This document shows positions 1 to 9,892 of a DNA stretch of 64,000 bases, one piece after another. Position 1 is the first letter of the stretch, and the number at the start of each line of letters is the position of its first letter. Where the stretch lies: positions 864,001 through 928,000 of the forward strand of contig CBDCTZ010000015.1 of assembly GCA_965222375.1 (NCBI GenBank), read 5' to 3'. This stretch comes from Polyangiaceae bacterium. GTDB lineage: Bacteria > Myxococcota_A > Polyangia > Polyangiales > Polyangiaceae. Under the pieces are notes generated by a model. The model was not told the origin of the DNA, ran no database searches, and saw only the letters and a program-made list of their open reading frames with translations. The translations under genes and the position numbers were made by a program.

Positions 1-192
1 ACCGTGCCGAAAAACCGCAGGGCCGCGGTAGGTTTGTAGCGTCTCTTCGACAAAGTCCTCGGTGTCCGTGTCTCCGACGCGGGTGACGAGCACGACCTCA
101 TCCGGCAGCCTGTTTTGCGCCAAAAGCGAGTCGATGCAGCGCTCGATGTAGGGTCGCCGACCGTAGGTCGTGACCAGCACCGACAGTTTCAT
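1..192 (-). CDS. Glycosyltransferase family 2, N-terminal part (runs off window)
   Basis: Manual translation from ATG at 192: MKLSVLVTTYGRRPYIERCIDSLLAQNRLPDEVVLV, a typical GT2 N-terminus; not in the ORF track. Confidence 0.8.
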   Translation of the reverse strand, partial: MKLSVLVTTYGRRPYIERCIDSLLAQNRLPDEVVLVTRVGDTDTEDFVEETLQTYRGPAVFRHG

Positions 193-223
193 GACTCAGC
201 TCAATGCCCGGATTGTCGCAGCG

Positions 224-892
224 TTAGGGCACGACGAAGACCGCGCCGCACATCCCGCCGCCGGTTGCCGCCTCGGAGCCATGGCTGGTGCAGAGGTAGC
301 CGTACGCGCCAGGGTTCGAGAAGGTCGCTTCAACGGAGCTGCCGCTCGTCGTAGCTGGGGTCGGGTTCGGCAGGGTGCCGAGGGAAGCAAAGGGAGCCAG
401 AGGATGGAACGAGAAGCTCCCAGACCACGTCACCTTCGTGCCAGCCTTCACTTTGACGCACGGCTGATCGTAGCTGCAGCAGGTGAAAGTGATCGTCACC
501 GAAGATTGCGCGGTGAGATCTGTCGCTGCGGCTTCGGTGCAACTGCACAGAGTGACCACGGCAGCGCCACCGGCGCCGCCCGATGCACCAGCGGATCCGC
601 CCGACGCGCCACCCGCGCCACCGGTAGCGCCACCTGCTCCTCCGCTTGCACCTGCTGCGCCACCGGTCGCACCTGCTGCGCCACCGGTCGCACCGCCACT
701 TCCCGCAGATCCGCCGGTCGATCCACCACTGCCTGCAGTTGAGCCGCCGCTACCGGAAGCGCCACCACTGGCGCCACCTGTCCCGCTTGCGCCCCCGCTG
801 CTCGGTGAGTCCGAGTCGTCACTGCTACAAGCGCCGGAAAGCGCGAACACGCCGATGCAGGCGAGGGACATGAAAGTGGCTCGAGTCGTCAT
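224..892 (-). CDS. Lipoprotein with Gly-rich linker and C-terminal cupredoxin (plastocyanin/azurin-like) domain
   Basis: Lipobox-like LSGAC; type-1 copper ligand pattern H(PL)...YLCTSH...M; AGGAG upstream of the ATG at 892. Confidence 0.75.
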   Translation of the reverse strand: MTTRATFMSLACIGVFALSGACSSDDSDSPSSGGASGTGGASGGASGSGGSTAGSGGSTGGSAGSGGATGGAAGATGGAAGASGGAGGATGGAGGASGGSAGASGGAGGAAVVTLCSCTEAAATDLTAQSSVTITFTCCSYDQPCVKVKAGTKVTWSGSFSFHPLAPFASLGTLPNPTPATTSGSSVEATFSNPGAYGYLCTSHGSEAATGGGMCGAVFVVP

Positions 893-993
893 GGGCAATG
901 CACTCCTTTGTCGTGTTGATAGCGAAAACTGGGCTCCAGCGCCATCTGGCCTCAATTGCGCCGCCCTGCGTCGGCGGCTAGTCTTCGGAAACC

Positions 994-3153
994 ATGGCAC
1001 TTCGGAGATATCTTGCATTGCTTGGTCTTTCGCCTTTCGTACTGTGGAGCGCATGCTCGTCCACGGATTCGGGCGGCGGAAGCGTCGGCCCCGGTGGCTT
1101 TGGTGGTGGAGCCGCCAACGCTGGCACGGGCGCAAGCGCGGCGAATGGCGGTAGCGGTGCCGGCATCAATACCGACGCGAGTACTGGGGACTGCCCGGCA
1201 GTGCCTTGCGCAAACGGCAAGTACTGCCTGATGGGGCAATGCGTTGACGACTTCGGCCCCTGCACCGTGGACGCCAACGGCGACGACGATTGCGAAAACG
1301 ACAGCTACTGCGAGAACGGTCGCTGCATTCCCTTTGGCGGCACCACCAAGCAAAACGACCTCGAGTGCACCGGCGAGGGGTTCGCGGCAGAGCAGCTCAA
1401 AGAGCCCGTGGTGCGCTGCTCGTGGACCAAGACGGCCGTGATTTCCACCCCCATGGTCGCAGATCTGGATGGCGACAAGAAGCCAGAGATCTTGTTTCCC
1501 ACGTTCGGAACGGGGCTCTCGGGTGGGTCGTTGGTTGCGCTGCGTGGCGACACTTGCGCCGAAGTGTTCATGAAGCCTGCAAACCTCGGCACGCGAACTC
1601 AGCTGGCCATTGGCGATCTCACCGGGGACGGCAAGCCAGAGATCGTCGGCATACAAGGCGACAACCGCGTAGTCGTATTCGACAACACCGGCAATGTCGT
1701 GGCGACTAGTCCGACCCCCGCGACCACGGGCGGCAGCTTCAAGGACGGAGGCGCCGCCTTGGTGAACTTGGACGGCCAAGGCCCGCCGGAGATTGTCTAC
1801 GCGGGTCAAGTCTTGCGACTCTCGGGCGGCACCTTAACGGTCCTCTTCAACAAACCCGTCACGGGGGGGCACTGGGGTGTGATGACCGCTGCCGCCGACG
1901 TGGACCTGGATGGCAAGGGCGAAATCATCAGCGGCAATCGTATCTTCGACGGCATCACCGGGGCGGACGAGACTCCTCCTGGGGTTTCGTCCTTTGGTGG
2001 GGGTTACGTCGCGATTGCTCAGTGGGACAAATCCACCCCAGAGCCCGAGGTGGTGTTGATCACGTCCCAGTCGGGCTCGGCCGGGCAGATCCGCATCTAT
2101 CACCCGAAGACCGGCAACGTCGTGTTCGGTCCGTATAGTTTCGGCCAGAAGTGGGGCGGTCCCCCCACGGTGGCGGACTTCGACGGCGACGGGGAGCCTG
2201 AAGTCGGCTCCGCCGGCTTTACCGGCTACGTCGTGTTCGACAAGGAGTGCACCGCAACGCCCCTACCCTCGTTCTGCCAGTCCCCGGGCATTCGCTGGCT
2301 GAAGCCCACCAAGGACAACTCCTCGGGCTCGACGGGCAGCAGCGTCTTCGACTTCAACGGCGACGGCAAGGCAGAGGTCGTGTACCGCGACGAGTGCTGG
2401 CTACGCGTCTACGACGGAACCACGGGCCAAGTGCGCTTTGCCCAGCCCCTGACCAGCGGCACGATCTTGGAAAACCCGGTCATCGCCGACGTGGACAACG
2501 ACAATCATGCGGACCTCATCGTGCCCACGCATGGCAGTGGCGCCGGTTTCGGTTGCACGACGGAGCCGGATTTGAAGCTGCCGCATACGGGTGCACAGCA
2601 AGGCATTTTCGTGCTGCAAGATCCGGCCAATCGCTGGATGCCCTCCCGCGCGATCTGGAACCAGCACACGTATCACATCACGAACGTCAACGACGACGTC
2701 ACAATTCCGCTGGTCGAGAAGAACAACTGGGACAGCTTCAACAATTATCGCCAGAACGTGCAGGGGCTGATCACCCACAAGCCACCCAAGACGGACTTGA
2801 CCGGCGGCGAGCCAGCGACTCCGCAAGACGATTGTGTCGCGAGCTGGACGCTTAAGGCTCAGCTCTGCAATCGGGGCACGCTGCAGGCGCCTGCGGGGAT
2901 CCCTGGCACTTTCTACCTGGGTGATCCGGCGACGGGTGGAACGGTGATCTGTTCGACACAAACCGCCGCGGCTTTGGCTCCGGGAAGCTGCGAAACCGTG
3001 AGCTGCGTCTACGCCAATCCGCCGGATGGTCCCGTGGACCTGTGGTTCGTCGCCGACGACGACGGCAGCGGCGGCAAATCCGACGAGTGCAAAGAGAAGA
3101 ACAACCGCTTGCACCTGCCGGCAGCCCAGTGTGGCGGCGGCCCCCCGCGCTGA
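994..3153 (+). CDS. FG-GAP/VCBS-repeat beta-propeller lipoprotein with Cys-rich N-region and Ig/CARDB-like C-terminus
   Basis: Lipobox WSAC; repeated DxDGDGxxE motifs (DLDGDKKPE, DLTGDGKPE, DFDGDGEPE, DFNGDGKAE); WNQHTYHITNV motif. Confidence 0.8.
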   Translation: MALRRYLALLGLSPFVLWSACSSTDSGGGSVGPGGFGGGAANAGTGASAANGGSGAGINTDASTGDCPAVPCANGKYCLMGQCVDDFGPCTVDANGDDDCENDSYCENGRCIPFGGTTKQNDLECTGEGFAAEQLKEPVVRCSWTKTAVISTPMVADLDGDKKPEILFPTFGTGLSGGSLVALRGDTCAEVFMKPANLGTRTQLAIGDLTGDGKPEIVGIQGDNRVVVFDNTGNVVATSPTPATTGGSFKDGGAALVNLDGQGPPEIVYAGQVLRLSGGTLTVLFNKPVTGGHWGVMTAAADVDLDGKGEIISGNRIFDGITGADETPPGVSSFGGGYVAIAQWDKSTPEPEVVLITSQSGSAGQIRIYHPKTGNVVFGPYSFGQKWGGPPTVADFDGDGEPEVGSAGFTGYVVFDKECTATPLPSFCQSPGIRWLKPTKDNSSGSTGSSVFDFNGDGKAEVVYRDECWLRVYDGTTGQVRFAQPLTSGTILENPVIADVDNDNHADLIVPTHGSGAGFGCTTEPDLKLPHTGAQQGIFVLQDPANRWMPSRAIWNQHTYHITNVNDDVTIPLVEKNNWDSFNNYRQNVQGLITHKPPKTDLTGGEPATPQDDCVASWTLKAQLCNRGTLQAPAGIPGTFYLGDPATGGTVICSTQTAAALAPGSCETVSCVYANPPDGPVDLWFVADDDGSGGKSDECKEKNNRLHLPAAQCGGGPPR

Positions 3154-3259
3154 CGGGTTCAGGGGCTGAACTCCCGAGCAGACAGTTCCCGAAGCCGCGC
3201 AACCCCTTCGATCATATCGCCCCTCGACGCCGGGGCCGGAGGCCGCTACACCTGCCCGC

Positions 3260-4423
3260 ATGACTGACATCGCCATTCTCGAATCCGTCCGCTCCGCTGT
3301 TGGCCGCGCACATAAGGGCTCCTTGGTGCTAAAGCGCCCGGACGAACTCGCGGGGGACGTGATTCGCGCCCTATTGGCGCGCGTACCGCAAGTGAAGCCG
3401 GAGATGATCGACGATCTCGTACTCGGCTGCGCCATGCCCGAGGGAGAGCAGGGCTTGAACGTTGCGCGGGTCGCAGGGTTTCTGGGCGGACTGCCCGAGG
3501 AGACCAGCGCAATGACAATCAATCGGTTCTGTTCCAGTGGGCTGCAGGCGATGGCGCTGGGTGCGGGTGCACTGGCTCTCGGCAATCACGACATTGTCGT
3601 GGCCGGCGGCGTGGAGAGCATGAGCATGGTGCCGATGACCGGCTACAAGATCAGCGCCAGCCCGGAGGCCATGGAGAACTACTCCAGTGTATACACGCCC
3701 ATGGGAATCACAGCGGAGAACGTCGCGCAGAAGTTCGAGGTCAGCCGAGAGCAGCAGGACGCCTTCGCCCTCAAGAGCCAGCAAAAGGCCACCGCTGCCC
3801 GCAAAGCCGGCAACTTCGATGACGAGATTGTCAGCGTTCGCGGCATTGGTTTCGACCAGGGGAAGCGCAAGGAGTTCGAGTTCAAGACCGACGAACTGAT
3901 TCGTGAAGAGACGACGGCTGAGGGGCTGGCCAAGCTGCGGCCAGCGTTCTCAGCGAAGGGGTCCGTCACACCAGGCAACGCCTCTCCACTGTCAGATGGG
4001 GCGGCGGCTGCCATCCTGACTACGAAGGCCACGTCGGAAAAGCTGGGTGTGAAACCGAAGGCATGGTTCCGCCAGTTCACGACCGTGGGCGTGGACCCGG
4101 CGATCATGGGCATCGGCCCCGCGCCAGCGATTCGAAAGCTATTCGAGCGCACCGGGCTATCCCTGAAGGATATCAACGTCTTTGAAATCAACGAGGCTTT
4201 CGCCTCGCAGTGCGTCTACGTGCAGAGGGAGCTGAGCATCCCCGACGAGAAGTTGAACCCCAACGGTGGAGCCATTGCTCTCGGCCATCCGCTAGGCTGC
4301 ACCGGCGCCAAGCTGGTAGCGACGATCATTCGAGAGCTCGAGCGCCGAGGCGGCAAGTATGGCGTCGTCAGCATGTGCATCGGCGGCGGCATGGGTGCCG
4401 CCGGCCTGATCGAGCGCGCCTGA
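3260..4423 (+). CDS. fadA: Acetyl-CoA C-acyltransferase (thiolase)
   Basis: NRFCSSG, NEAF, GHPLG and CIGGG thiolase motifs; 387 aa. Confidence 0.9.
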   Translation: MTDIAILESVRSAVGRAHKGSLVLKRPDELAGDVIRALLARVPQVKPEMIDDLVLGCAMPEGEQGLNVARVAGFLGGLPEETSAMTINRFCSSGLQAMALGAGALALGNHDIVVAGGVESMSMVPMTGYKISASPEAMENYSSVYTPMGITAENVAQKFEVSREQQDAFALKSQQKATAARKAGNFDDEIVSVRGIGFDQGKRKEFEFKTDELIREETTAEGLAKLRPAFSAKGSVTPGNASPLSDGAAAAILTTKATSEKLGVKPKAWFRQFTTVGVDPAIMGIGPAPAIRKLFERTGLSLKDINVFEINEAFASQCVYVQRELSIPDEKLNPNGGAIALGHPLGCTGAKLVATIIRELERRGGKYGVVSMCIGGGMGAAGLIERA

Positions 4424-4431
4424 GCCGGCCG

Positions 4432-5898
4432 CTAGTGCGCACCGGAGCGAAGCGCTCCGCGGCGCAACAGACCGGCGAGCATGCGCACTGCGTCTCGTCT
4501 CGGGATCCCGCAAGAGGAAAGCACGTGCCCGACCGTGGCCCCACCGTCGACGTGTTCGATCAAGCTCGCGGCACTGGGCGTGAGGTTCAGTCGGCGGGGA
4601 TCCACAGGAGCGCACACCAGCATGGTGTCCAGAGTGCCGAGTCGGCGTTCGAAGATCCGATTCAGTGTCGGGACTATACGCGCCATCATTTCATAGGTCT
4701 CGGCATCGCGATGATGCATGGCCAAGTCGAAGAGCCGCTCGGCCGCGTAGACCGCGTCGTCCAGGCGGTCTTCTTTGGAGGCCTGCGTGGCCTCTTCGAA
4801 CAAGCGTTTCGCGCGCCGGCGGTAGCGCCCATGCTCGTCGTCGTCATGCGCGCTAGGGGGATGTTCCGGCTCGAGGGGACCCTGCGCGGGGCTCGCGGCG
4901 TCGAGTTTCGCCGCTGGCTTGGCATCCGACGGCGAGACATCCGGAGCTGGCGGAGCAACGCTGTAGAGCAGGCCGCCTTTGGGCGTCACCTTGTGACCCG
5001 GCACCTTCGCCTTCGGAATCGCCTTCTGCGTCTCGTTCACACCCACGTTGCGGGCGGCATTCTCAAGCGCCCAGGCGAACTGGGAAATGCTCGTAAATCG
5101 ATCCTTGGGTAGCTTCGACAGAGCGCGCCCTATCACGTCGTCAAAGACCGCGGGCACCCAGGGCGCAGCGGCATGTAGCGGTTTACAGTCTTCATGCACG
5201 ACCTGATACAGCACCGCCATCGGATCGTCGCCGCGGAACGGGGGAAACCCAGCCGCCATTTCGTAGACAACGACCGCAAGAGCGAATTGATCCGCACGGT
5301 GGTCGATCTCACGCCCAGCGAGGGCTTGCTCCGGTGCCATGTACTCCGGCGTGCCCAAGGCCGTGTGTTCATTGGTAACTCGGCCGCGGCCGTCCTGAGC
5401 TGAGGCGATCCCGAAGTCCAAGATCTTCACGAAGGGTGGCTGGTCAGGAACATCGACCAAGAAGATGTTGTCGGGCTTGAGGTCCCTATGCACAACGCCT
5501 TGAGCGTGAGCCGAAGCCAGAGCGGACGCGATTTGGGACGTGAGCGCCAACGCCTTCGCCATCGGGAACCTTCTCTCGCGGAAAAGGCGCTCCGCTAGGG
5601 ATTCCCCTTGAAGGAACTCCATTACGAAGTAGGGGTCGCCATGAGGCGTCTCGTGCACGTCAAAAACCTGCACGATGTGCGGATTCTGCAAACGGCCGAT
5701 GGTCTCCGCCTCGCGGCGGAAACGTGCAAGCGCCTCAGGATTCTTGCGAAACTCGTCTCGCAGAACCTTGATGGCGACGCGTCGCCCAACCCGGAGGTGC
5801 GCCGCCTCGTAGACGGCCCCCATGGCGCCCTCCGCCAAGCGACGTATCACGCGGTAGGTTTCGGACAGCACTGAACCTTCTGCCAGCACGGGGGGCAC
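4432..5898 (-). CDS. Hanks-type Ser/Thr protein kinase with C-terminal extension (start uncertain; ORF open to 6486)
   Basis: LAEGAMGAVY, VAIK, HRDLKPDN, DFG and APE motifs. Confidence 0.9.
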   Translation of the reverse strand: MPPVLAEGSVLSETYRVIRRLAEGAMGAVYEAAHLRVGRRVAIKVLRDEFRKNPEALARFRREAETIGRLQNPHIVQVFDVHETPHGDPYFVMEFLQGESLAERLFRERRFPMAKALALTSQIASALASAHAQGVVHRDLKPDNIFLVDVPDQPPFVKILDFGIASAQDGRGRVTNEHTALGTPEYMAPEQALAGREIDHRADQFALAVVVYEMAAGFPPFRGDDPMAVLYQVVHEDCKPLHAAAPWVPAVFDDVIGRALSKLPKDRFTSISQFAWALENAARNVGVNETQKAIPKAKVPGHKVTPKGGLLYSVAPPAPDVSPSDAKPAAKLDAASPAQGPLEPEHPPSAHDDDEHGRYRRRAKRLFEEATQASKEDRLDDAVYAAERLFDLAMHHRDAETYEMMARIVPTLNRIFERRLGTLDTMLVCAPVDPRRLNLTPSAASLIEHVDGGATVGHVLSSCGIPRRDAVRMLAGLLRRGALRSGAH

Positions 5899-6187
5899 GC
5901 AGCCGTAGGCAGCAGTGGTGTGCACACGAGGCAGCGTGCGGGCCGTGGGCGGGCAATCGTCGGCGTCAGCGAGCAAAGCGCCCAAATGTGCAGCAACCCG
6001 CGTGCCGACCTGCGTCGACACCCTGAGACCCATCACTTTCGGGCTCCGGGCACACAGCTCGCGATTGCGCGCCGCGCCAAGTGCGCATCCCCTGCGCGGC
6101 GGCGGCGAGAAGCTGGAAATCAATGCGCTTGCATGGATGCTCGCGATTGACGGAGAGCATACCGTCACTAGTATCCCTGGCGTCCCC

Positions 6188-6394
6188 ATGCAGTGCGAAT
6201 CGCGCGCCATCTTGATCGTGACTCGGGAGATCGCCGGCACGTCCACTAACGTTGCAGAGCGGCGTGTGCAACTCGCATGTGCCCTAGAGAAGGGGCACGA
6301 AGGACCCCACCAGGACAACTCCGAAGGCGAAGAGTGGGAGGGCGCACCGGGCAAAGCGGTGACAGTGCTGAAGCACAAGAAATCTAGCGCATGA
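6188..6394 (+). CDS. Small hypothetical protein, possibly Zn-binding (C...CxLxxGHxGxH)
   Basis: MQCESRA...CALEKGHEGPH, 68 aa. Confidence 0.5.
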   Translation: MQCESRAILIVTREIAGTSTNVAERRVQLACALEKGHEGPHQDNSEGEEWEGAPGKAVTVLKHKKSSA

Positions 6395-6535
6395 AAGCGA
6401 GCATCTCGTTGCGCGAGGCGACTAGCTTGGGCCACATGGCCGCAAGCACGTCGCGAAACACGCCCGCGTAGCTCGCGCCTCCGCATGCGGCGAGCTGATC
6501 GATGGCGCTCCTTGAGGCCCGTCGGGACGAGCAGC

Positions 6536-9500
6536 CTAAAACCCCTGCTTGAAGCCCAGCTGCAGGCTGCGGGGCGTGTTGGGTCGCGCGCCCGCGGGAC
6601 GTCGAGACACGAGGTACGCCTCGTTCATCACGTTCTTCACGTTCAAGTAGACCCGCGCCTTGCTCCAGGGGACGAAGTGCCCACCCAGGTCGACCAAGAA
6701 CTGCCGGTCCGTGACGTCGTCATCTGCGGGCTCACCGCTGCCCGCACTCTCGCGCATGCGGTCGATGAAGGTCCCGCTGCTGACCAATCCCCACTCGTCG
6801 GTTTCCAAGCCCACGCTCAGCTGCGCTTGGTGCCTGGGTACGTACGGGAGTTCGTCGCCTTCCTCGACATCGCCCCACAAGGGATCTTCGCTCTGGAATC
6901 CGTGGGTGAACCGGGAGCGAGTGTAAGTGTATGCCAGGCTCGTGGGCAGGGTAGCGCCATTTAGCTGAAACGTATGATCACCGTACAGTTCCAAGCCGTA
7001 CACGTGGACGGAGCCCGCATCGAACTGTCGATCCAGATTCGCGTCCAGGCAGCCGTTTGATGTCGTGCAGACATCGGTCAGATTCTGATAGTCGTTGAAA
7101 AAGCCAATCGCCTCGAAGCGGGTCCGGCGTTTGGAGTAGCGGGCTCCCGCTTCGTAGTTCCACGCTTTCTCGGGCTGCGCCCGGGTTGGCCCAGGCGCAG
7201 CCGGCGAAAATCCGCGGTACACGCCGGCAAGTACACCAAAGTCCCGGGTCAGTGCCTGGTACAAGCCCAACCCAGGCAGCAGCACACTGTAGCCATCAGC
7301 CTGGTGCGTATCCGTCAGGGCGTCATCGTACTTCCAGCGAATCATCTCGACCCGCACCCCCGGCGTTGCCGTGAAGTAGCCGAAGGTCATGGCATTCGTG
7401 GCATGGAACGCCACGGCCTGCGTCGACGCCTTGTTTTGGGTCACCGTATTCGTGGGCACCTGCTGCAAGCTCAGCCGACCGGACTGCATGCTGAAGGTAT
7501 CCCGAGTCTGCAGACGACTGGTGCGGTCGTTGTGAAAGCGCACGCCGTACTCGGCGCTGTGGTAGACGCGCCCGGTCTTGCCACGCACATGGGCCGTGCT
7601 TTGCACTCCCTGGGAAACAAAAGTCCGGGCGTTGGGCCCGATCAGGACGTTTTCGTCGGCGGACGCGGAGTCTTGCTGCCCACGCATGACGTCGTAGTAG
7701 ACCCGGCGGGCGCCCGTCGGATTGCGAAGCACGTCCGCGAAGCCGGCCCCAACGAAACCGTGCGCGCGGGTCCAGACACGGTCGAGGTCGTTGCGGTAGA
7801 GCACCGTCTCGAGTTCCACCTCCGGCGAGAATGTAGCGATATGCCGCAATTCGACCTGGGTGCGGCGCCACTTCATTTGGTCGCCGGCGGTCACGCGATA
7901 GCGGCGCAGTGGGTTGTCTCGGAAGTCCGCGTCCGTGAGCCCTGTGTAGGTCTCGTTGGACACCTCGTCGGAGTAGCCCAGCTTCACTCGCAGTTCTTGG
8001 GGGATCTCCGCGGTGGGATCGATCAGGTATCGCCCTTTAAGCATCCACTCGTTGCGGTAAAAGCCCGTGTCCCCACCTCCGTCCAGCTCCTTGAAGCCGT
8101 CACTGCGGACGTGCACGCCTTCGACGAGGAGGCCCGAGCGTTCATCACTGGTGCCGTACCAGGCGTGGAGCTTGCCGTAGCCGTAGCTGCCAAAGCCCGC
8201 GTCGACCATGCCGGCGCCAGGGTTTGGGATGTAGCGCGTGCGCAAGTCCACGGCGCCGCCAATGGACTGGGGGCCGTAGGGAATCGACGACGGACCCTTG
8301 ATGACCCGCACCGAAGCCATGCGCGTGATCAAAGGAAAGTAGTAGGCGGCGGGCGCCGAATAGGGCGCCGGGGCAAACAACACCCCATCTTCCAGCAGCG
8401 TGACCTTCTTGCTGCGATCCGATGACGCGCCACGTATTCCGATATTGGGCCGTAGCCCGAATCCATCTTCCACGCGCAGGTAGACGCCGGGGGCGCTCAG
8501 CAGCACTTGATGCGGATTGTCGTGCTCGAAACGCCCGAGGCGCTTTTCGTCCATGACTTGGATGCTGCCCGATGCCCGCGCAGCGCGAGATCCCATCACG
8601 ACGACGCCCATCGCTTCTTCTTCTTCAGCGTCGCCCGAGCCGGCGTCCTTCTCTGTAACAGGTGCAGGGCCTGGCGCCGTCGGTGGCGCGGGCTCTGGCG
8701 CGGGCTCTGAACCTGATTCCCCGGCATCCGCCTGGGGCGGCGTAGGCGGGGGTGGCGGCGGAGGTTCGGGCTTGGCATCTGGATCGGAACTCGCGACGAC
8801 GTCGATGACCTCTCCTTCACCGACCTCCTGCGCTCCTGCGGTGGACCCATCCAACGCCAGCAGCGTGAGGGCCCCCGCGCCCACCGCTTGAGCACGCGCC
8901 GAGCGACGGGGAAGCAACGTCAGCGCCGCAGCCCTGAGGGGCGAAAGCAGTGCGGAGAAGATCCGCGGCTGGTGGTTTGTCTGATCCGAAGGCAGACCGA
9001 AGCGCACCTGCTCACGACCCCGGGTCACGTAGAGGGAACCGCCAAGCCAGTCCCAGAGTGCGAAGGTCGAACCGAAGTTTCGATCGTGATGGCGTTCTTC
9101 TTGGCTGTGGTGGATCTGATGCTGAGCCGGGCTGATGAACACGTGCTCGAGCACCCGACCGAAGGACAACCACACATGGGAGTGCCGCAAGTTGGAGCCC
9201 AACATGTTCCAAGCGAAGCCCAGGCCGTGCACGCCCAGAATTTCCCAAGCAGTGATACGCCCGCGAAACAACCAAGCGCACACGCCGGCCGCAACCCCGA
9301 CGCCCGTCGCCGCGCCGGCGCGCATGAGCACACTCTCTATCGGGTGTGTGCGATACACCGTGAAAGGCGTGAGCACCTCAGCGGAATGATGCACTTTGTG
9401 CAGCTCCCACAGCGCGGGCACGCGATGGGATAGGCGATGGACCACGTAGCGCGTCAGGTCTTCGGCGAAGAACCCAGTCAAGCTGAAAGCGCCAATCACG

Positions 9501-9853
9501 AGCCATGGCCCAGCGCTCGCCCCGGGGCCAGGGCCAAGCACTCCGCTCAGCACCACGCTGATCTTCACGCCCACATGTGCCGCCGAAACCGTGAAGGGCC
9601 AAAGCAGCAGCGCCCCGAGCAAGGCACGCACGAACATCCAACGCAGATCGAACAATGCCGAGCGGTGCAACCAGATCTCTCGAGGCAGGAGGAAGCGCCG
9701 CAAGGACACTCGGCTGCGAAGCTTCAACGCCCAGACAGCAGTCGCGAGCAGTCCAGCCGCGAGCAAATAGGGCCAGAACACGCGCGCACTGGATGATCCC
9801 AGGCGCAAGATAGGCTCGAGCGCCGAACGGAGCACGAGATTCAGGGAGTCCAT
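6536..9853 (-). CDS. Fusion: sterol desaturase/fatty-acid hydroxylase-family domain + TonB-dependent receptor (FecA-like)
   Basis: First ~300 aa hydrophobic with His boxes HRLSH, HKVHH, HQIHH; remainder has plug motifs (NIGIRG, LLEDGV, VIKGPSSIPYGPQSIGG), a beta-barrel pattern and terminal Phe. Confidence 0.85.
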   Translation of the reverse strand: MDSLNLVLRSALEPILRLGSSSARVFWPYLLAAGLLATAVWALKLRSRVSLRRFLLPREIWLHRSALFDLRWMFVRALLGALLLWPFTVSAAHVGVKISVVLSGVLGPGPGASAGPWLVIGAFSLTGFFAEDLTRYVVHRLSHRVPALWELHKVHHSAEVLTPFTVYRTHPIESVLMRAGAATGVGVAAGVCAWLFRGRITAWEILGVHGLGFAWNMLGSNLRHSHVWLSFGRVLEHVFISPAQHQIHHSQEERHHDRNFGSTFALWDWLGGSLYVTRGREQVRFGLPSDQTNHQPRIFSALLSPLRAAALTLLPRRSARAQAVGAGALTLLALDGSTAGAQEVGEGEVIDVVASSDPDAKPEPPPPPPPTPPQADAGESGSEPAPEPAPPTAPGPAPVTEKDAGSGDAEEEEAMGVVVMGSRAARASGSIQVMDEKRLGRFEHDNPHQVLLSAPGVYLRVEDGFGLRPNIGIRGASSDRSKKVTLLEDGVLFAPAPYSAPAAYYFPLITRMASVRVIKGPSSIPYGPQSIGGAVDLRTRYIPNPGAGMVDAGFGSYGYGKLHAWYGTSDERSGLLVEGVHVRSDGFKELDGGGDTGFYRNEWMLKGRYLIDPTAEIPQELRVKLGYSDEVSNETYTGLTDADFRDNPLRRYRVTAGDQMKWRRTQVELRHIATFSPEVELETVLYRNDLDRVWTRAHGFVGAGFADVLRNPTGARRVYYDVMRGQQDSASADENVLIGPNARTFVSQGVQSTAHVRGKTGRVYHSAEYGVRFHNDRTSRLQTRDTFSMQSGRLSLQQVPTNTVTQNKASTQAVAFHATNAMTFGYFTATPGVRVEMIRWKYDDALTDTHQADGYSVLLPGLGLYQALTRDFGVLAGVYRGFSPAAPGPTRAQPEKAWNYEAGARYSKRRTRFEAIGFFNDYQNLTDVCTTSNGCLDANLDRQFDAGSVHVYGLELYGDHTFQLNGATLPTSLAYTYTRSRFTHGFQSEDPLWGDVEEGDELPYVPRHQAQLSVGLETDEWGLVSSGTFIDRMRESAGSGEPADDDVTDRQFLVDLGGHFVPWSKARVYLNVKNVMNEAYLVSRRPAGARPNTPRSLQLGFKQGF

Positions 9854-9892
9854 CGCCCTTCCGAGGAAGGCTTGCCCGTCGATGGCGGCACG

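Noticed and set aside
7304..8425. 373-aa plus-strand ORF
   Set aside because: Antisense to the TonB-dependent receptor; no motifs
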